Origin: a virus
Lineage: Duplodnaviria; Caudoviricetes
IMG/VR virus record: IMGVR_UViG_3300048561_000081
Span: 1 to 37,004 of that record
Strand: one strand, 5' to 3'
Length of the DNA: 37,004 nucleotides
The notes under the pieces are model-generated. The model was not told where the DNA came from. It saw only the letters and a program-made list of their open reading frames with translations, and did not search any database. Both the position numbers and the translations under genes were made by a program. Position 1 is the first letter of the stretch, and each line of letters opens with the position of its first letter. This document shows, one piece after another, positions 9,244-18,535 of the stretch.

Positions 9244-9896
9244 CCGATCCCCAATCGCGCTGCACTCTTCAGCGGATTGACCACCGCGGTGATCGCTCCG
9301 ACCACGTCGAGATCGCGCACCACCTGCTCGATGGTCGCGGTGCCGACGTTAAAACTCCGCGCGCCGAAATTCTCCTTGTTCTTGAACAGGTGATGGGCCA
9401 GAAACGCCGCCGCCTGCCGCAGTGCCGCCGGCACTTCCGCATATCCCGGCAACGGCGCTTCTTCGTCCGGGATGTCGGCGCGCACCCAGCCGCCGTTGTA
9501 CTTCACGCGCACCCAGCCGCCGGCGAGCGTGAAGTCGGTGAACAAGTCGCGCCCGTACTCGAGGTGGCTCACGCGCGTCCGCTTGACGGCGTACTCGCTG
9601 TTGACCGTGAGCACGTCGGCGGTGTCCACCTCATCGCGCTGCAGGGCGCTGCGCACTTCGATGGCGCCCACGATCGGGAAGCCGGCCAGGTCCACGAACG
9701 GCGCCGCACCCTCGTGGTATTCGACGCGGTTCGCGAACGCCTCCAGGAGCGACCGGCCGGCCGCGTGATCGAAGCGCCCGGCATCGGCCGCAATCCAGTT
9801 CGATGCGAGCGTGCACATCGTGGCGATGATGACATCGTCCTCGTCATCGTCGCGCCCGATGATGGCCTTCACGTCTGCAGTGGTGCACAGCGCCAT
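9240..9896 (-). CDS. Head-tail adaptor (HK97 gp6-like)
   Basis: MALCTTADVKAIIG N-terminus, VRVKYNGGW and VPAALRQAAAFLAHHLF motifs. Confidence 0.78.
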   Translation of the reverse strand: MALCTTADVKAIIGRDDDEDDVIIATMCTLASNWIAADAGRFDHAAGRSLLEAFANRVEYHEGAAPFVDLAGFPIVGAIEVRSALQRDEVDTADVLTVNSEYAVKRTRVSHLEYGRDLFTDFTLAGGWVRVKYNGGWVRADIPDEEAPLPGYAEVPAALRQAAAFLAHHLFKNKENFGARSFNVGTATIEQVVRDLDVVGAITAVVNPLKSAARLGIG

Positions 9897-9906
9897 GGGT
9901 CCTGCC

Positions 9907-9930
9907 CTTCGTGGCTTCGTCGCTTCGTGC
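9907..9930. repeat. Octamer tandem repeat CTTCGT(G/C)(G/C) x3
   Basis: Read directly; the same unit recurs at 21915-21950. Confidence 0.8.
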
Positions 9931-9934
9931 CTAC

Positions 9935-10183
9935 TTAAGCGCCTTCCGCCGGCGCCGGCCCTGGCACCAGCTCGACGGCCGGCGTATCGTCCGGCGCCGT
10001 GGTCAGCACGCGCACCAACCGCACCTGGCTGGCGCCGATGGCCGGCTGCATTTCATACCACCGGGCCACGATCTTCCCGCCGACCGGGTGCACGGTGCCT
10101 TGCCAGCGCACGCCCGGGATCACCGTCTCGACTTCCACCCAGGTGTGCCCGGTGATCGGAATTCCTTCGTTTGGGTTTACCAC
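9935..10183 (-). CDS. Hypothetical protein in head-completion region
   Basis: Fills the operon gap; GTG start with GGAG RBS preferred over the ATG at 10216, which lies inside a repeat. Confidence 0.5.
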   Translation of the reverse strand: MVNPNEGIPITGHTWVEVETVIPGVRWQGTVHPVGGKIVARWYEMQPAIGASQVRLVRVLTTAPDDTPAVELVPGPAPAEGA

Positions 10184-10199
10184 GCTTGATCTCCGTATC

Positions 10200-10224
10200 G
10201 TGTGCCACTGCTGCATCAGCAGTG
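10200..10224 (+). repeat. REP-like hairpin family A, copy 2 (GTGTGC-CACTGCTG-CAT-CAGCAGTG)
   Basis: Perfect 8-bp stem, intergenic. Confidence 0.93.
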
Positions 10225-10239
10225 CAGGTTGTTTATGCC

Positions 10240-10446
10240 TTACTTCACCACATCCGTGTCGCCGTCATCCATGCGGTCGACGATCGCTTCATCGGCGGCC
10301 TTGCCGCCCTTGACTTCGACCAGGCTGTTCTTGTTGGCGCGGTACTGCTCGTTGCTGAGCGTGACCTGGTCGCCACGCGCGACGCGGCCCACGCCAGGAA
10401 TAAACAGCGCTCGCCGAGCCTGATATTGCTTGCCATCTTTGGCCAT
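10240..10446 (-). CDS. Small hypothetical phage protein (68 aa)
   Basis: GAGGAG RBS before ATG 10446; typical small gene after capsid genes. Confidence 0.65.
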   Translation of the reverse strand: MAKDGKQYQARRALFIPGVGRVARGDQVTLSNEQYRANKNSLVEVKGGKAADEAIVDRMDDGDTDVVK

Positions 10447-10471
10447 GAGTTGCTCCTCGTATCCGTGGATT

Positions 10472-10506
10472 CGACGGCCGTTCGAGGCTGGCTCGAACGG
10501 CCGTCG
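10472..10506. terminator. 15-bp perfect hairpin after capsid/decoration genes (terminator or mRNA stabiliser)
   Basis: CGACGGCCGTTCGAG-GCTGG-CTCGAACGGCCGTCG; no clear U-tract. Confidence 0.6.
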
Positions 10507-10522
10507 TGATGCCTTCGAATCG

Positions 10523-10912
10523 TTACGCCACCGGTGCGTCCTGCGGATTGAGTCCCAGCAAGACCCATCCCGCGGTGGTGTTGTTGCCGCCCGCACGCGT
10601 GAGTTGCACGCGTACCTGCTTGCCGCCCTGCGCCGCATTGAACCCCAGCTTCTGCTGGGTATCCGATGCCTGGGCCGGCGTCTTCGCGGCCATCTCGTCA
10701 CGATCGGTGGCTGCCGTGGCGACGTCGTCGCCGTCCTGCAGCTTCGCGGCCAGCGTGCTGTCCGCCCCGATGATGCCGACCAGCAGCACCGCGAGGACCG
10801 CGGAATAACCCGTCGCGTCAACAGCGGCGCCGTTGACGGTGCCGGCGCCGGCCGCGGCGGGGGCCACATACTGCAGCACCTTCACGGCGTTTTTGGGGTT
10901 GCGAAAGAACAT
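10523..10912 (-). CDS. Putative capsid decoration/cement protein
   Basis: Immediately after the major capsid; GAAVDATGY, AKLQDGDD and GGKQVRVQLT patterns; AAGGA RBS. Confidence 0.65.
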   Translation of the reverse strand: MFFRNPKNAVKVLQYVAPAAAGAGTVNGAAVDATGYSAVLAVLLVGIIGADSTLAAKLQDGDDVATAATDRDEMAAKTPAQASDTQQKLGFNAAQGGKQVRVQLTRAGGNNTTAGWVLLGLNPQDAPVA

Positions 10913-10961
10913 TGGCTTTTTCCTTATCAAGTCCGGCCAGGGGCCGGCGTTGTTTTTCCTA

Positions 10962-10989
10962 AAGCCTGCAGCCTAAAGTCTGCAGCCTG
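10962..10989. repeat. Heptamer tandem repeat AAGCCTG-CAGCCTA-AAGTCTG-CAGCCTG
   Basis: Read directly, 6 nt past the capsid stop. Confidence 0.9.
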
Positions 10990-10994
10990 TTCGC

Positions 10995-12332
10995 TTACGC
11001 ATCCGCAGTCTTGATGATGGCCGCGGCGTTCGGCCAGGCGACCTTCACGCCCCAGCGCGACAGCGCCCGAATGGCGTTCTGCGCATTGCGGAAGCGCGCG
11101 TGCGGGCTGTACGCAATGACCAGCCGGCTGCGCGTGCCGAGCTTGATGGCCCGGCGCAGGTCGCCGAAGATGCCGAACTTGGTTCCTGGCGCCTCATCCG
11201 CCAGGCCGGGCAGAATGTCCGCGTACGTCACGTCCTTGCCCAGGATGCGCGACACGGCGCCGTTGGTCGGTTCGGTGAACAGCGGCCGGCCCACGCCGTC
11301 CTTCACGTCGGCGAGGATGTACTCCAGGTCGCTGCTTACCAGCACGCGGCAGTTACCCTCGCGGCGCACCTCGGCGGCGACACTGCCGAACAGATTGATG
11401 AAGTCCTTGTAAGCAATGTCGCCGAAGCCCGTCTTGCCGGCGGGCATGGTCACGACCGTAACGTCGGCGTGGTTGAGCAGGCCCACGAACTTGTTGAAGG
11501 GCTTGGTGCCGTCGCCCAGGAAGCCGCAGTCGTCGACCTTGCGAGCCATGCCGCGCGCGATGCGGTTGGCCCACAGCTCGCCGTAGTTGACCACGGCGTC
11601 CTCATCCAGGCTGACGCTCCACACGCCGTACGCGCCGAACAGCTTGGCCTCCAGCGTGAGTTGCTCGAAGTTGAGGGCCTTCTCCGGCAGCTCCTCACCT
11701 TCCTCTACCGCCACGACTTCCATGTCGTTGGAGTCCTTGGCGAAGGTGGTCTTGTCGCTGCCCATCGGGACCGGGTCGGCGAACTGCGGCAGAATGCCGT
11801 AGGCCTTCATAGCCGCGGTGATCACGCCGCCGAACTCCGGCGGGGAGAGGTAGCCGCCCAGCTCGTCGCTGGAAACGGCGCCGGCGCGTTCGACATCCTC
11901 AACGCGCTTCACCTCCAGGCCGTGCTTTTCCAGAGCCTGCTTGCTCTTGGCGTTGCCGGTGACCACCACGCTCATGAAGTGCCCGAATGCCGCAGCGGCC
12001 GTGCGGTTCGGCATCACCCGGCTGTGATCCTGCGCGTGGTAGCCGGGGTCGTACTTGACCAGCTCGCTGCCGCCGGCCTCGCCCTGTGCGGCAACCAGGC
12101 GCTCGTACTTGGCGAGCGCATCGGTCACTTCCTTCAGCCGCGCGCCGGTGTCGGCCTTGTTCTCGTTGAGCGCCTTCTCCAGCGCGTCCCACTTGGTCTT
12201 GAGCGCGGGGATTTCCAGCGGGTTGTCCGCGCGCCCCTTGATGTCGTCGAGCGCTTTCTTCAAGCGCTCCTGCCCGTCGGCCAGATCCTTCACTGCGCCG
12301 GCGAGCTTCTCGATGCCCTGTGTTGGGTCCAT
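10995..12332 (-). CDS. Major capsid protein, HK97 family
   Basis: Coiled-coil delta domain, GGYLSPPEF, VEEGEELP, FLGDGT..F.GLL, KDGVGRPLF, ILGKDV, FGDL motifs; AAGGAG RBS. Confidence 0.93.
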   Translation of the reverse strand: MDPTQGIEKLAGAVKDLADGQERLKKALDDIKGRADNPLEIPALKTKWDALEKALNENKADTGARLKEVTDALAKYERLVAAQGEAGGSELVKYDPGYHAQDHSRVMPNRTAAAAFGHFMSVVVTGNAKSKQALEKHGLEVKRVEDVERAGAVSSDELGGYLSPPEFGGVITAAMKAYGILPQFADPVPMGSDKTTFAKDSNDMEVVAVEEGEELPEKALNFEQLTLEAKLFGAYGVWSVSLDEDAVVNYGELWANRIARGMARKVDDCGFLGDGTKPFNKFVGLLNHADVTVVTMPAGKTGFGDIAYKDFINLFGSVAAEVRREGNCRVLVSSDLEYILADVKDGVGRPLFTEPTNGAVSRILGKDVTYADILPGLADEAPGTKFGIFGDLRRAIKLGTRSRLVIAYSPHARFRNAQNAIRALSRWGVKVAWPNAAAIIKTADA

Positions 12333-12372
12333 TCCTGGACTCCTTTTCAAAGGAACTTCCGTGTTCTCGCGC

Positions 12373-13092
12373 TCACGCCGCGCGCAGCTTGTTCACGGCA
12401 GCGCACGCCTCCGCGATGCGCTGCCCTGCTAATTCGTCTTCGCTCTCTCGGCCCATCAGTGCTTTGAGGTTGGCAACCGCCGCTTCCATCTGCGCCAGCC
12501 GTACGACCGTTTCCGCGGCGCACCACTGCTGCATCTTCAGGGCCACATGGTCCGTCACCAGGCAGTTGCTGTTGGCCGGCACGCTGCAGGCGGACAGCTC
12601 GCGCAGCGTGGCCTTGGTGTACGTGTAGATGCCGTTGACGGTCTTGGCTTCGTCGGCGCGGAAGCCCACGCTGAAAGCCCGGCCGTCTCCGCCGCGGTAG
12701 AGCTTCCACCACTCTTCGGCCATGTTCGTTTCCGCGAACCGCACCACGGCCACCAGGGCCGTGCCCACCGGCTTCACTTCCAGCACGCTGCCGATCTGGG
12801 CGGGATACCCACTATCCAGGCGGCGCAGGTGTGCCGGCAGGAGCACGGGGTTGCGCATGAACGCGGCGATGCTGTCATCGAACGCGCCCACCGCGATCGA
12901 CTCCTCATAGGTGTCGACGGTCGGGTCAGTGATCACGGCCGTGACCGTGCGCTTGTCCTTGTCGATCGAGCCCTCGCGCACGCAGAGGCGCGCAATGCGC
13001 GTATCGAGTTCGTCCGCGGGGATCCACTCCCGCGCTGCCGTGGGCACGTACTCGCGCACGTTCCAGATGTTGCGTTCGCGCCTGTCACTCAT
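12373..13092 (-). CDS. Prohead maturation protease, HK97 type
   Basis: NPVLLPAH, FSVGF, LRELSACSVPAN; ATGA overlap with the portal stop. Confidence 0.9.
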   Translation of the reverse strand: MSDRRERNIWNVREYVPTAAREWIPADELDTRIARLCVREGSIDKDKRTVTAVITDPTVDTYEESIAVGAFDDSIAAFMRNPVLLPAHLRRLDSGYPAQIGSVLEVKPVGTALVAVVRFAETNMAEEWWKLYRGGDGRAFSVGFRADEAKTVNGIYTYTKATLRELSACSVPANSNCLVTDHVALKMQQWCAAETVVRLAQMEAAVANLKALMGRESEDELAGQRIAEACAAVNKLRAA

Positions 13093-15395
13093 CGTGCGAA
13101 TCCCCCTTGCCCCGCGTCCCGCCGCTCGCGCACCAGGTCCGCGTACGTGTACATACCCAAGCGCTCCGCGGGATCGGATTTGCCGGCCAGTGCCTTGGGC
13201 ACGCTCACGCACGAGCAGTTGATGCGGTTGCCCGCGGAAAGATCGGTGTAGCCCGGATAAGGTGCATCCTCCCAGCCGCTGCCGTCACTGCGCCGCAGGA
13301 GGTAATTCTCCGCGATGGGGATGCCGTCCTTGCTGCGCTGCTCGCACTCCCGATGACTGGCGCGCACGCTGGCCTTGCCGCTGGTCAACCAGCGCTTACC
13401 GTCGATGCCCGCCTGCACCATGCCCTGTTGCCGGCCGGCGCACAGCGCCTCATGAATCTCCGTTTGTGCGATGACGTATCCGCGCGACTGCCAGGTTTCT
13501 TCGAGCAGCGCGTTGAGGCGCGCATCCAGCTCCGCCAGCGTTTCACCGGCGCGCATACCCTCAGTGAGCGTCTTGCGCACCTGGTCGCGTGTGTCGGCAT
13601 TGATACGCACAACCTTGGTGGCCAGTTGCTCGATGACCTTGACCGTCTTCGGATCGTGAATGGTGAACGTCGCGCCGCCGATTTCGTCCGCTATCTGCTT
13701 GCCGCCCAGATCCACGCCGTCGCTGAGCGCCGGCCGCATGACCGCGATGATCCTGTTGTCTTCGACGCCGCCGGCCTTCAGATCGAAGATGATGCGTTCG
13801 ATGGCATCGTTGATGTCGTCTTTGCCGCTTTCCGTTGGCGTGGCCGGGCTGGGGATGTACGGCAGCACCGTGCCCGCAAGCTTGTTGCGCATGTCCCCGA
13901 CCTGACGCTCCAGGAACGGGCGCACCACCTGCGTGGCCACGCGCTGCGTCAACGGCGACCAGGAGGCGAGCCAGCGCTGGTGCAGCGCGTTCTGCGTGGC
14001 GGTTATCCGCACGAGTCCAAGAATCTCATCTGCAATGGCGCGGGCCTTTTCTTCGGGCGTGGGCGTGACGGGCGTCTTCGGCGGCGTCGTGCTCGCGGCC
14101 GGCGGTGTCGGCTCACCTTCGGGCGCCGTGCCCACGGCCAGCAGCGCCCGCGCTTCGGCGACGGCGATGTCCATGGGGATTTGCCCAACCGGGATCATCG
14201 GCACTTCACGGTAGGGCTGCTTGGGTAGCGGGAAGCCCCACGTCTCGATGATCTCGTTTCCGGAGAAGCCCTTGCCGAGCAGCTCAGACGCCTTGACGAC
14301 CGTAGCGATTTCCTGCTCGCGCAGGCACTGCACGTCGGCGGTGTCCAGGCGGAGTTGCAGCCGGCCGCGATCGCCGCGCAGGAATATGGCATTGACGATG
14401 CCTTGAATGCGTCCCTTCAGCGGCAGACCCGTCATCGTCCAGAACGTCGCCTGCTGGATGGGCGCGCTGTTGTATTGCGCCTGGTCCATCAGGTTCATGA
14501 ACAGCGGGGGCATGCCGAAAGCCGTAGCGATGTACATGGCCATCAGGCGCAGGCCTTCCTGCCACTGCATGTCCTTCATGCCACCGACCCCGCGATCGAG
14601 CTTCACTCCGCCCGATAGCAGCACCGGGTTGCCGGCGTTCTGCTCACCGGTGTAGCGCTTGCGGATATTCTGCTGGGCTTCCTCGCGCTGCTCTTCCGTA
14701 AGCGTCGCGTCGGTGCTGAACACGGCGCCCACCTCGGCGCCGTTCTTGATCGCATTCTTGAAGAGCTTCACCCCGCGGTTGAGTGCTTCGATGGACTCTT
14801 CGGACACGCTCACGCCCGACAGCCCGTCGTCGCGCTTGCGCGGGTGGTAGTCGCGCAGCGCAAACACTTCCGAGAGCACCAGGCGCTGGCGGCTTCCCGA
14901 GTCCCAGGGCATGTAGTCGTAACCCACGATCGTGCGCCCGATGCGTACCGGTTCGATCTCGCTACGGCTGGCCACATAGATGCGCCGCTGGCTCGTGGAC
15001 ATGCCCGGCTTCCAGCCTGGCTCGAGCAGGTACGCGATGCCATCGAGAGCGAAGTGCGTGAGCATCGCGATGAGCAGCTCGTCCCCGCTCTGCTGCTCAT
15101 TGGGTTTTTCCACAAGCTGCAGATAGGGGTGATTGGGATCGTCGATCTGATTGCCGCCGGCGTCATACAACCGGACGGGCAGTCCGCCGAGCGATCCGGC
15201 CAGGGCCTTCACGGCGGCGCGCACGAACACGTTGGTTTCGTAGGGATTGGCGCTGCCGGCGCTGGACAGCCGGATTGCCGCCCAGATTTCTTCAAACGGC
15301 TGCAGGCCGGAATCGCTGCGCGTAACGAAGCTCGCCACCGCGCGCCCCGCCCGCGTGATTCCGTCCCAGGCCCGCTTGATGATTGTGTTGGCCAT
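13089..15395 (-). CDS. Portal protein (HK97 family) fused to MuF-like minor head domain
   Basis: N-part VRAAVKALAGSLGGLPVRLY, LVEKPN, NAGNPVLLSGG, IATAFGMPP; Pro-rich linker; C-part IAQTE, KRWLT, VRASH, INCSC. Confidence 0.88.
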   Translation of the reverse strand: MANTIIKRAWDGITRAGRAVASFVTRSDSGLQPFEEIWAAIRLSSAGSANPYETNVFVRAAVKALAGSLGGLPVRLYDAGGNQIDDPNHPYLQLVEKPNEQQSGDELLIAMLTHFALDGIAYLLEPGWKPGMSTSQRRIYVASRSEIEPVRIGRTIVGYDYMPWDSGSRQRLVLSEVFALRDYHPRKRDDGLSGVSVSEESIEALNRGVKLFKNAIKNGAEVGAVFSTDATLTEEQREEAQQNIRKRYTGEQNAGNPVLLSGGVKLDRGVGGMKDMQWQEGLRLMAMYIATAFGMPPLFMNLMDQAQYNSAPIQQATFWTMTGLPLKGRIQGIVNAIFLRGDRGRLQLRLDTADVQCLREQEIATVVKASELLGKGFSGNEIIETWGFPLPKQPYREVPMIPVGQIPMDIAVAEARALLAVGTAPEGEPTPPAASTTPPKTPVTPTPEEKARAIADEILGLVRITATQNALHQRWLASWSPLTQRVATQVVRPFLERQVGDMRNKLAGTVLPYIPSPATPTESGKDDINDAIERIIFDLKAGGVEDNRIIAVMRPALSDGVDLGGKQIADEIGGATFTIHDPKTVKVIEQLATKVVRINADTRDQVRKTLTEGMRAGETLAELDARLNALLEETWQSRGYVIAQTEIHEALCAGRQQGMVQAGIDGKRWLTSGKASVRASHRECEQRSKDGIPIAENYLLRRSDGSGWEDAPYPGYTDLSAGNRINCSCVSVPKALAGKSDPAERLGMYTYADLVRERRDAGQGGFAR

Positions 15396-15400
15396 ATTCG

Positions 15401-16858
15401 TTACGCCACCTGTCCCGGCCCGTAGACCCCGGTCGAAATTTTTTCACATACGGGATCCGGCTTTAACTGTTGCGGCCCAACCTCGATCACGTCGATGGCG
15501 CCAACGCCGACGTCGCCCGCCGCTTCGATCGCCAGGGCCAGGCCCCAGAATTCGTCCGCGTGGCCGGCGTCGTCGCGTTCGCCCTCGAAGCGCACATTGC
15601 CCGCGGCCGTCACCGTCTTGCGCACCTTGTGCAGCCCCTCGCGAATCTGGGCATCGTCGGGAACGCGGATCGTGCGATCTTCGAATCGCGTTCGAACCGG
15701 TATCGCCAGGGCTTCCTTGACCGGCCCGGTGAACACGACTTCCTCGACCGCGGAGTTTCCAAGGGTGGCCTTCAGGCCATCCGAAATACCGATGCCCAGG
15801 CCGGTTGCATCGACGCACGTGCGCCGCACTTTCGCGGCTCGTGCTGCGGCCGTGAGAATGGCAACCTGCTGCGGGATGGGCATGCCCTTGAGCACGATGA
15901 TGCGCCGCGTCCACAGCACGTCGCCCGTTCGTTGCAGGAACCATCCGACCGTGAGGTCTTTCTTGCGACCCACGTCGATGCCCAGGTACATCGGGCCGGC
16001 GTCTGCAACTTCGATCAATGGCTCATCCGGCCGCGGGCAGCTCGCATCCTCGCATGTGGCGATGAGTTGGTACGTCAGCCAGGCCGACGATTCCGCGCTC
16101 GGCTTGCAGCAGTACTCCTGCTGCCAGACTTCCTCGCCGCCGCAACCCGCGTGCTCCTCTTCGAGAAACCCCTCGACAGTGAACTTCGTGCCCTGGGTTT
16201 CGTTGATCAGCCCGACCAGGCCGTCCTCGCAGGCCTTGAAAATGTCCACGTAATGATGCGACCACGGCGCGATCTTGTTACCCGCACGCACCTTCAGGCC
16301 GGCGGCATAGGCTTTCGCGTCCAGGCAGAACTGATTGAACTTCGATCCCTCACCGTTGTGCGAACTACCGATCGTCATCCGTCCGCCCCAAGTCATCACG
16401 GGCTTGGCGGCCGCGTACAGCGCGATGGGATCATCGTGGAAGGCGAACTCGCTGATGGTCACATCGCCGCCCTTGGAGCGCATCCTGCGCGGCGAACTCG
16501 TCAGGCAGTTGATTCGCGCGCCGCTGGGGAAGCGAATGCAGAAGGCCTTGATCTTGCCCTTGTGATCCTCCGCTTCACCCATCGTGTCTTCGAAGTAATC
16601 CGCCACGCCCTTGGCCCGCTCGAACCAGTAGCGGCAGTACTCCGCAAACTCGAAAGCCGCGCTCTCGTCCGCGGAGGTGTACCACAGGTCGCGCGTGATG
16701 GTTTCTTTGATCCGGGCCATGGTCTGCTTGTATGACTCGCAGTAATCGAAGCCGACGCGCCGGCTCTTCTCCACGATCATGAAGCGGGACATGTCGTCCT
16801 GCATCCGATGGTGGTAAGGCAGCCACCGCACCTTCTTGGCTCGAATACGTTCCGTCAT
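15401..16858 (-). CDS. Terminase large subunit (Mu gp28-like)
   Basis: EKSRRVG Walker A-like, ISEFAF Walker B-like, WQQEYCC, GIDVGRKKD, VDATGLG, GHADEFW nuclease motifs. Confidence 0.9.
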   Translation of the reverse strand: MTERIRAKKVRWLPYHHRMQDDMSRFMIVEKSRRVGFDYCESYKQTMARIKETITRDLWYTSADESAAFEFAEYCRYWFERAKGVADYFEDTMGEAEDHKGKIKAFCIRFPSGARINCLTSSPRRMRSKGGDVTISEFAFHDDPIALYAAAKPVMTWGGRMTIGSSHNGEGSKFNQFCLDAKAYAAGLKVRAGNKIAPWSHHYVDIFKACEDGLVGLINETQGTKFTVEGFLEEEHAGCGGEEVWQQEYCCKPSAESSAWLTYQLIATCEDASCPRPDEPLIEVADAGPMYLGIDVGRKKDLTVGWFLQRTGDVLWTRRIIVLKGMPIPQQVAILTAAARAAKVRRTCVDATGLGIGISDGLKATLGNSAVEEVVFTGPVKEALAIPVRTRFEDRTIRVPDDAQIREGLHKVRKTVTAAGNVRFEGERDDAGHADEFWGLALAIEAAGDVGVGAIDVIEVGPQQLKPDPVCEKISTGVYGPGQVA

Positions 16859-17388
16859 GCCGCTCGATCAACCTCTTCCAGGAGCCGGGCCACTTCGGCC
16901 AGGCTCACCGTCTTTGCACCGCCCGCGGCCGCGTCCGGCTTGGCCGCGGCTTCGATCTTTGCCTTCGCCTCCGCCAGGCGCAGCTTGAACACGTGCAGCT
17001 CGCCCTTGCGCTGATCCTCGCGCATCTCCATCAGCGTCTCGATGGCCCGCAGTTGTCCGCTGGTTTTGTCCGCGACGAGCATCCCCTTGATCACCGTGCC
17101 CATCGCGGTCATCTGCACCGCGTCCAGCTTGCTGCGGTCAATGCCATACGCATCGATCAGCCCGTCGAGGAATTCCTTCGCATCCAGGGCGATTTCCAGT
17201 TGCCGCTCGCGGCGCCGGACCGTGGCATATTCCTGCAGCGTGCGCAGCGCCATCGCGGCCTGCACCGCGGGGAACTCGGTATAGATTTCCGTTGGGCTTT
17301 TCCCCATGTCCAGCAGGGCGTCGATCTCGGCGCGCAACGCGGCCGGGATTTCGTCGATCGCCTTGTTGCCTCTGCCAGTCTTGGCCAT
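16855..17388 (-). CDS. Putative terminase small subunit (Mu gp27-like)
   Basis: GRGNKAIDEIPAALRAEIDALL N-terminus; coupled upstream of TerL. Confidence 0.7.
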   Translation of the reverse strand: MAKTGRGNKAIDEIPAALRAEIDALLDMGKSPTEIYTEFPAVQAAMALRTLQEYATVRRRERQLEIALDAKEFLDGLIDAYGIDRSKLDAVQMTAMGTVIKGMLVADKTSGQLRAIETLMEMREDQRKGELHVFKLRLAEAKAKIEAAAKPDAAAGGAKTVSLAEVARLLEEVDRAA

Positions 17389-17439
17389 CGGAATCAGGCT
17401 TCAGGCTCTGCGCCCTCCGCGTCCTCCTGTTGGTTGCCC

Positions 17440-17697
17440 TTATCCCGCGGCCTTGCTCAGCTCGCGGATCATGTTGTTGACCCTGCGCAGCGCCTCGCGG
17501 TTCTTGCCGATGCGCTCCACGCCGTTGCGCAGGCTGTCCAGCGCCAGCTCGGTCACCGCCAGCAGGTTCGCCTCACCGTCGGTGTCGTGCAGTTCCGTCA
17601 TCATCCGCGACGTGTGCCGGTCATGTTCCGCGAGCAGCAGTTCCTTCTCGCGCTCCAGATCCATCAGCCGCCGCTGTTGTGCTTCCGTCAGGCTCAC
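17440..17697 (-). CDS. Hypothetical coiled-coil protein
   Basis: 85 aa, overlaps the upstream stop. Confidence 0.6.
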   Translation of the reverse strand: MSLTEAQQRRLMDLEREKELLLAEHDRHTSRMMTELHDTDGEANLLAVTELALDSLRNGVERIGKNREALRRVNNMIRELSKAAG

Positions 17698-18158
17698 TTG
17701 AACAACTCCAATCCCTTGGGCACCACGATCTGCAGAAACGATTGCAGCAGCGACACGATGATCGCGGTGGTCGCGACCACCTTGGCCACGCTCACGTTGA
17801 GCTTGTTGACGGCCTCACGGTGCCGCGCATGTTCCGCGTCACTGTTCTTGACATGCCGCTCGAACTCATTTTTGGGCAGATAGTCCTTCTCGATGGCTCC
17901 GATGCGTTCGCTCTTACGCGTGTCCAGCGCGAACAGCGTGCGGATGTCCTCGCGCGCCGTGGACACCAGTGCCCGCGTCTCCGCGGTGAGCCCCTCGCAC
18001 TTCACGGCCAGGTTGGCGTTGGCCGCGGTGAGGTGGTCGAGCCGGTCGGACATGCTGTCCATCCGCCCGACCACATTGTTCACGTCCGCGCGGATGCCGG
18101 CGAGTTGTTCCGCCAGCCGTCCCCGGCCATCGTTGCCCTGAGGCGTCGTCACCATCAC
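17694..18158 (-). CDS. Coiled-coil protein with C-terminal transmembrane segment
   Basis: Heptad-rich, ends VAKVVATTAIIVSLLQSFLQIVV; overlaps neighbours. Confidence 0.7.
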   Translation of the reverse strand: MMVTTPQGNDGRGRLAEQLAGIRADVNNVVGRMDSMSDRLDHLTAANANLAVKCEGLTAETRALVSTAREDIRTLFALDTRKSERIGAIEKDYLPKNEFERHVKNSDAEHARHREAVNKLNVSVAKVVATTAIIVSLLQSFLQIVVPKGLELFK

Positions 18159-18535
18159 GCCGTCCCCTCCGTCGCCGTCCAGGCGATCGCGTCATGGCCG
18201 CTGTACGTGCAGCGCCTTTCGGGGCCGCGTTTGACCAGGCCGAGCCGTTCCATTTCCGGCAGGCGTCGCGCCACGACGTAGCGGTCGAAGCCGCTGTGGT
18301 GGGCGATCTCTGAACTCGTCTGCGGTGTGCCACTGCTCTGTGAGCAGTGCGCCTTCATCCAGTTCAGGATCCGCGTGCGCTGCTTGCCGGCTTCGCCGCT
18401 CGCTTCGTGCGCTTCGCCGGCCTTGATGCTCGTGCCAGGATCGGTGGGTCGTGCGTTTGGAGAATCGAACAGCGGACCCGCCGCGTCGCGTTCCGCATTC
18501 GCACTTCGTGGCCATTCTGAAGGTCGCTTAGGCAT
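18155..18535 (-). CDS. Winged-helix DNA-binding protein
   Basis: ARPTDPGTS..A motif then TSSEIAHHSGFDRYVVARRLPEMERLGLVKRG; TGATG coupling at 18535. Confidence 0.75.
   Translation of the reverse strand: MPKRPSEWPRSANAERDAAGPLFDSPNARPTDPGTSIKAGEAHEASGEAGKQRTRILNWMKAHCSQSSGTPQTSSEIAHHSGFDRYVVARRLPEMERLGLVKRGPERRCTYSGHDAIAWTATEGTA
18325..18349 (+). repeat. REP-like hairpin family A, copy 3 (inside CDS)
   Basis: GTGTGCCACTGCTCTGTGAGCAGTG, identical to the copy at 19677. Confidence 0.93.

Noticed and set aside
10184-10216. ATG start MQQWHT for 9935..10216
   Set aside because: ATG lies in the REP loop; GTG at 10183 has a GGAG RBS
11100-16735. Long + strand ORFs (11100..12467, 13107..14228, 15470..16735)
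   Set aside because: Shadows of capsid, portal and terminase
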